A stretch of DNA of 64,000 nt from Dicyema japonicum (taxonomy: Eukaryota; Animalia; Dicyemida): contig RDEW01000019.1 of NCBI GenBank assembly GCA_011109175.1, positions 495,482-559,481 of the forward strand, in the 5' to 3' direction. This document shows, one piece after another, positions 62,200-64,000 of this stretch (position 1 is the first letter of the stretch; each line of letters starts with the position of its first letter). A model generated the notes under the pieces. It was not told where the DNA came from. It worked only from the letters and a program-made list of their open reading frames with translations, and did not search any database. The position numbers were made by a program, and so were the translations under genes.

Positions 62200-64000
62200 C
62201 CTACCCTGTCACATCGCTGCATGTGATGTCTCTTCTTCTCCCGTAGTCTGCAGATGTTCTTTGAGGACGTAGAACAGAACCCTGGTTTATATTCATTTCT
62301 GACCATTTTATAATTGAACGTAAACGCAAAGTTTTGTAACAGCGTGGCTTACTGACTGATCATAAAGTCGATATAACGGTAATCCAATAAACACAGTAAC
62401 TAAGTCAATCCCCACTCCACACTTCCCAGGGTATGTGGTAGTCAGCAAGGACCGGGAGTGAAGCTCTGTGGGAGCTTTAATGATTGTTAGAATTGGATTA
62501 TCATTCACGGATATTTCCATTGTTACCCAATATGGCTTAGCATCTAATATTCAGACACTCGAGGACAATTTATCTTCATCTCTCTCTTTGTGACCTGAGT
62601 ATCCTTAACAACCCAGATTCTTATACGAAATCCGCGGCGAATTATTGATGGATTTCATCGCCGGATATTGCATTATGCTCTATTTTATTAATTGACTATC
62701 TACATAGAATGTCCAGTGTGGTTTTTCAAGTAACTATAGATACATTATACGGTTCAATTGTAATACTTGTGCATATCCTGAAATTTTGTGAAAGCAAAAT
62801 GAGTGAGCTCACTAAGTATGTGGATTATCAGTTTTCTCGTTTTGGATGACGAACATCACGATTGATGAAGCAGCAAATATGTTTAGAACTATTATTTTCA
62901 AGGCGGATAAACTATTTATTCCCTATCTTCATGTATGGATTTTAATCCCAAGCGATATTTTTATACGCTAACTCTCATAAAATAGAGGACATGCTCAAAC
63001 AGTCAAGAACCCGTGATGTAGGCACTATTGACTCTATAAGACAACATAACATCTCCATTTCATGGCAAATATGACAACAATTTAAATGAAAAGGTCAATA
63101 CTCGTCCATAAAAAAATCTCAAGTCCCAGTATGACTTTTTCCACTTTCGAATAAGTTTGGAACCAATTGGCTCCTTACGGAATTCATGTGCTTGTAGTTC
63201 CAACGAGTATCTGCACGTCACCTGAAGCATTTTAGGGCCGTGGCGAGATTGATACTGACGAACGCATTAAACTTCTCTTGAATGCACACACCTACCACGA
63301 TATCTGAAAAAATTAAATCATCCATCCTATTCTAAAACCTGGGAAATCAAAGAATGACACATCCTCATATCGTCCGATTTACTGACGTGCACTCTCAAAG
63401 ATGTTAGAGGAGTTAGTTCTTATGAAGATTTTTCAATGTGGCATCCGAATTGGTAGATCTCCCACAACGCACTTAACCAACCTATCACAGTTTATCATAG
63501 ACGGCTTCAATGTCCAAGGTCTCATACTTGGACGGCGTTGATTTCTATCGATATCCGAACGGCATTCAATTTTTTCTTGAGGATATTCAACTTCAATATT
63601 TACCCAAACCTTAAACTCTGGCTGGAAAACTTTCTGTCCCGAAGTGTATACCTGGTGAAAGCAGGTGGAGATCACGACTGCTCTCATATGGACTTCCACA
63701 AGATTCCCATCTTTCCCACTATTCACGTCTGATCGTGCTACAAAATGTATCCGAGCTACGCCTATATGTGCCTATAGCCGTTTCAAAGAACCCTAAAATC
63801 CTTGGAGTGACAGATGACTCATAGAAAAGCTTCATAGCAAAACCTCTCGAATCCTTACAAAAGGACTCCAGAAGTTGAATGTCCTTCAGGCAATTGTTGC
63901 GAAGAAGTCCGTACTCTGTATAAGATTGCATACATAAATTATACAGACAAACCATCGTTTCCCTATAAAATATGCTTGTGCTTCATGGAGGTATCCATTC
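62200..64000 (+). mobile_element. Degenerate Ingi/Vingi-like LINE with 2A relic
   Basis: DVEQNPGL..LTIL.LNVN, PHFPGYVVVSKDR, ILKPGKSKNDTSSYRPI, ISIDIRTAF, KILGVT, YACASW. Confidence 0.8.

Noticed and set aside
1-64000. Prokaryotic systems (CRISPR array, retron or other RT-based defence, operons)
   Set aside because: No regularly spaced repeats. All RTs are non-LTR retrotransposon types and the host genes are spliced eukaryotic genes.

Overview
This is AT-rich eukaryotic nuclear DNA, almost certainly animal, and not prokaryotic. Four host genes can be rebuilt by removing ultrashort GT-AG introns, mostly 22-29 nt: a copine (23444-25315, +), an Islet-class LIM-homeobox gene (~39948-40825, +), PDRG1 (52208-52670, +) and a GDT1/TMEM165 transporter (60968-61854, -). 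There is also a tRNA-Thr(UGU). Such tiny introns in a metazoan recall dicyemid mesozoans (inference only). Most of the rest is decayed mobile DNA: RTE-clade, Ingi/Vingi-like and CRE-like non-LTR retrotransposons, Tc1 and pogo transposase relics, and at least two SINE families whose 3' tails match the local LINEs. The main leads are: (i) a SINE body with HDV-ribozyme-like double-pseudoknot topology, one copy of which appears to supply the copine start codon; (ii) four virus-like 2A (StopGo) motifs, each directly before a LINE endonuclease; (iii) the minimal-intron system with almost no donor consensus. Several 1-2 nt indels in homopolymers, including one in the tRNA stem, suggest consensus errors, so frameshifts should be read with caution. 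Repeat boundaries are approximate and were read by eye.
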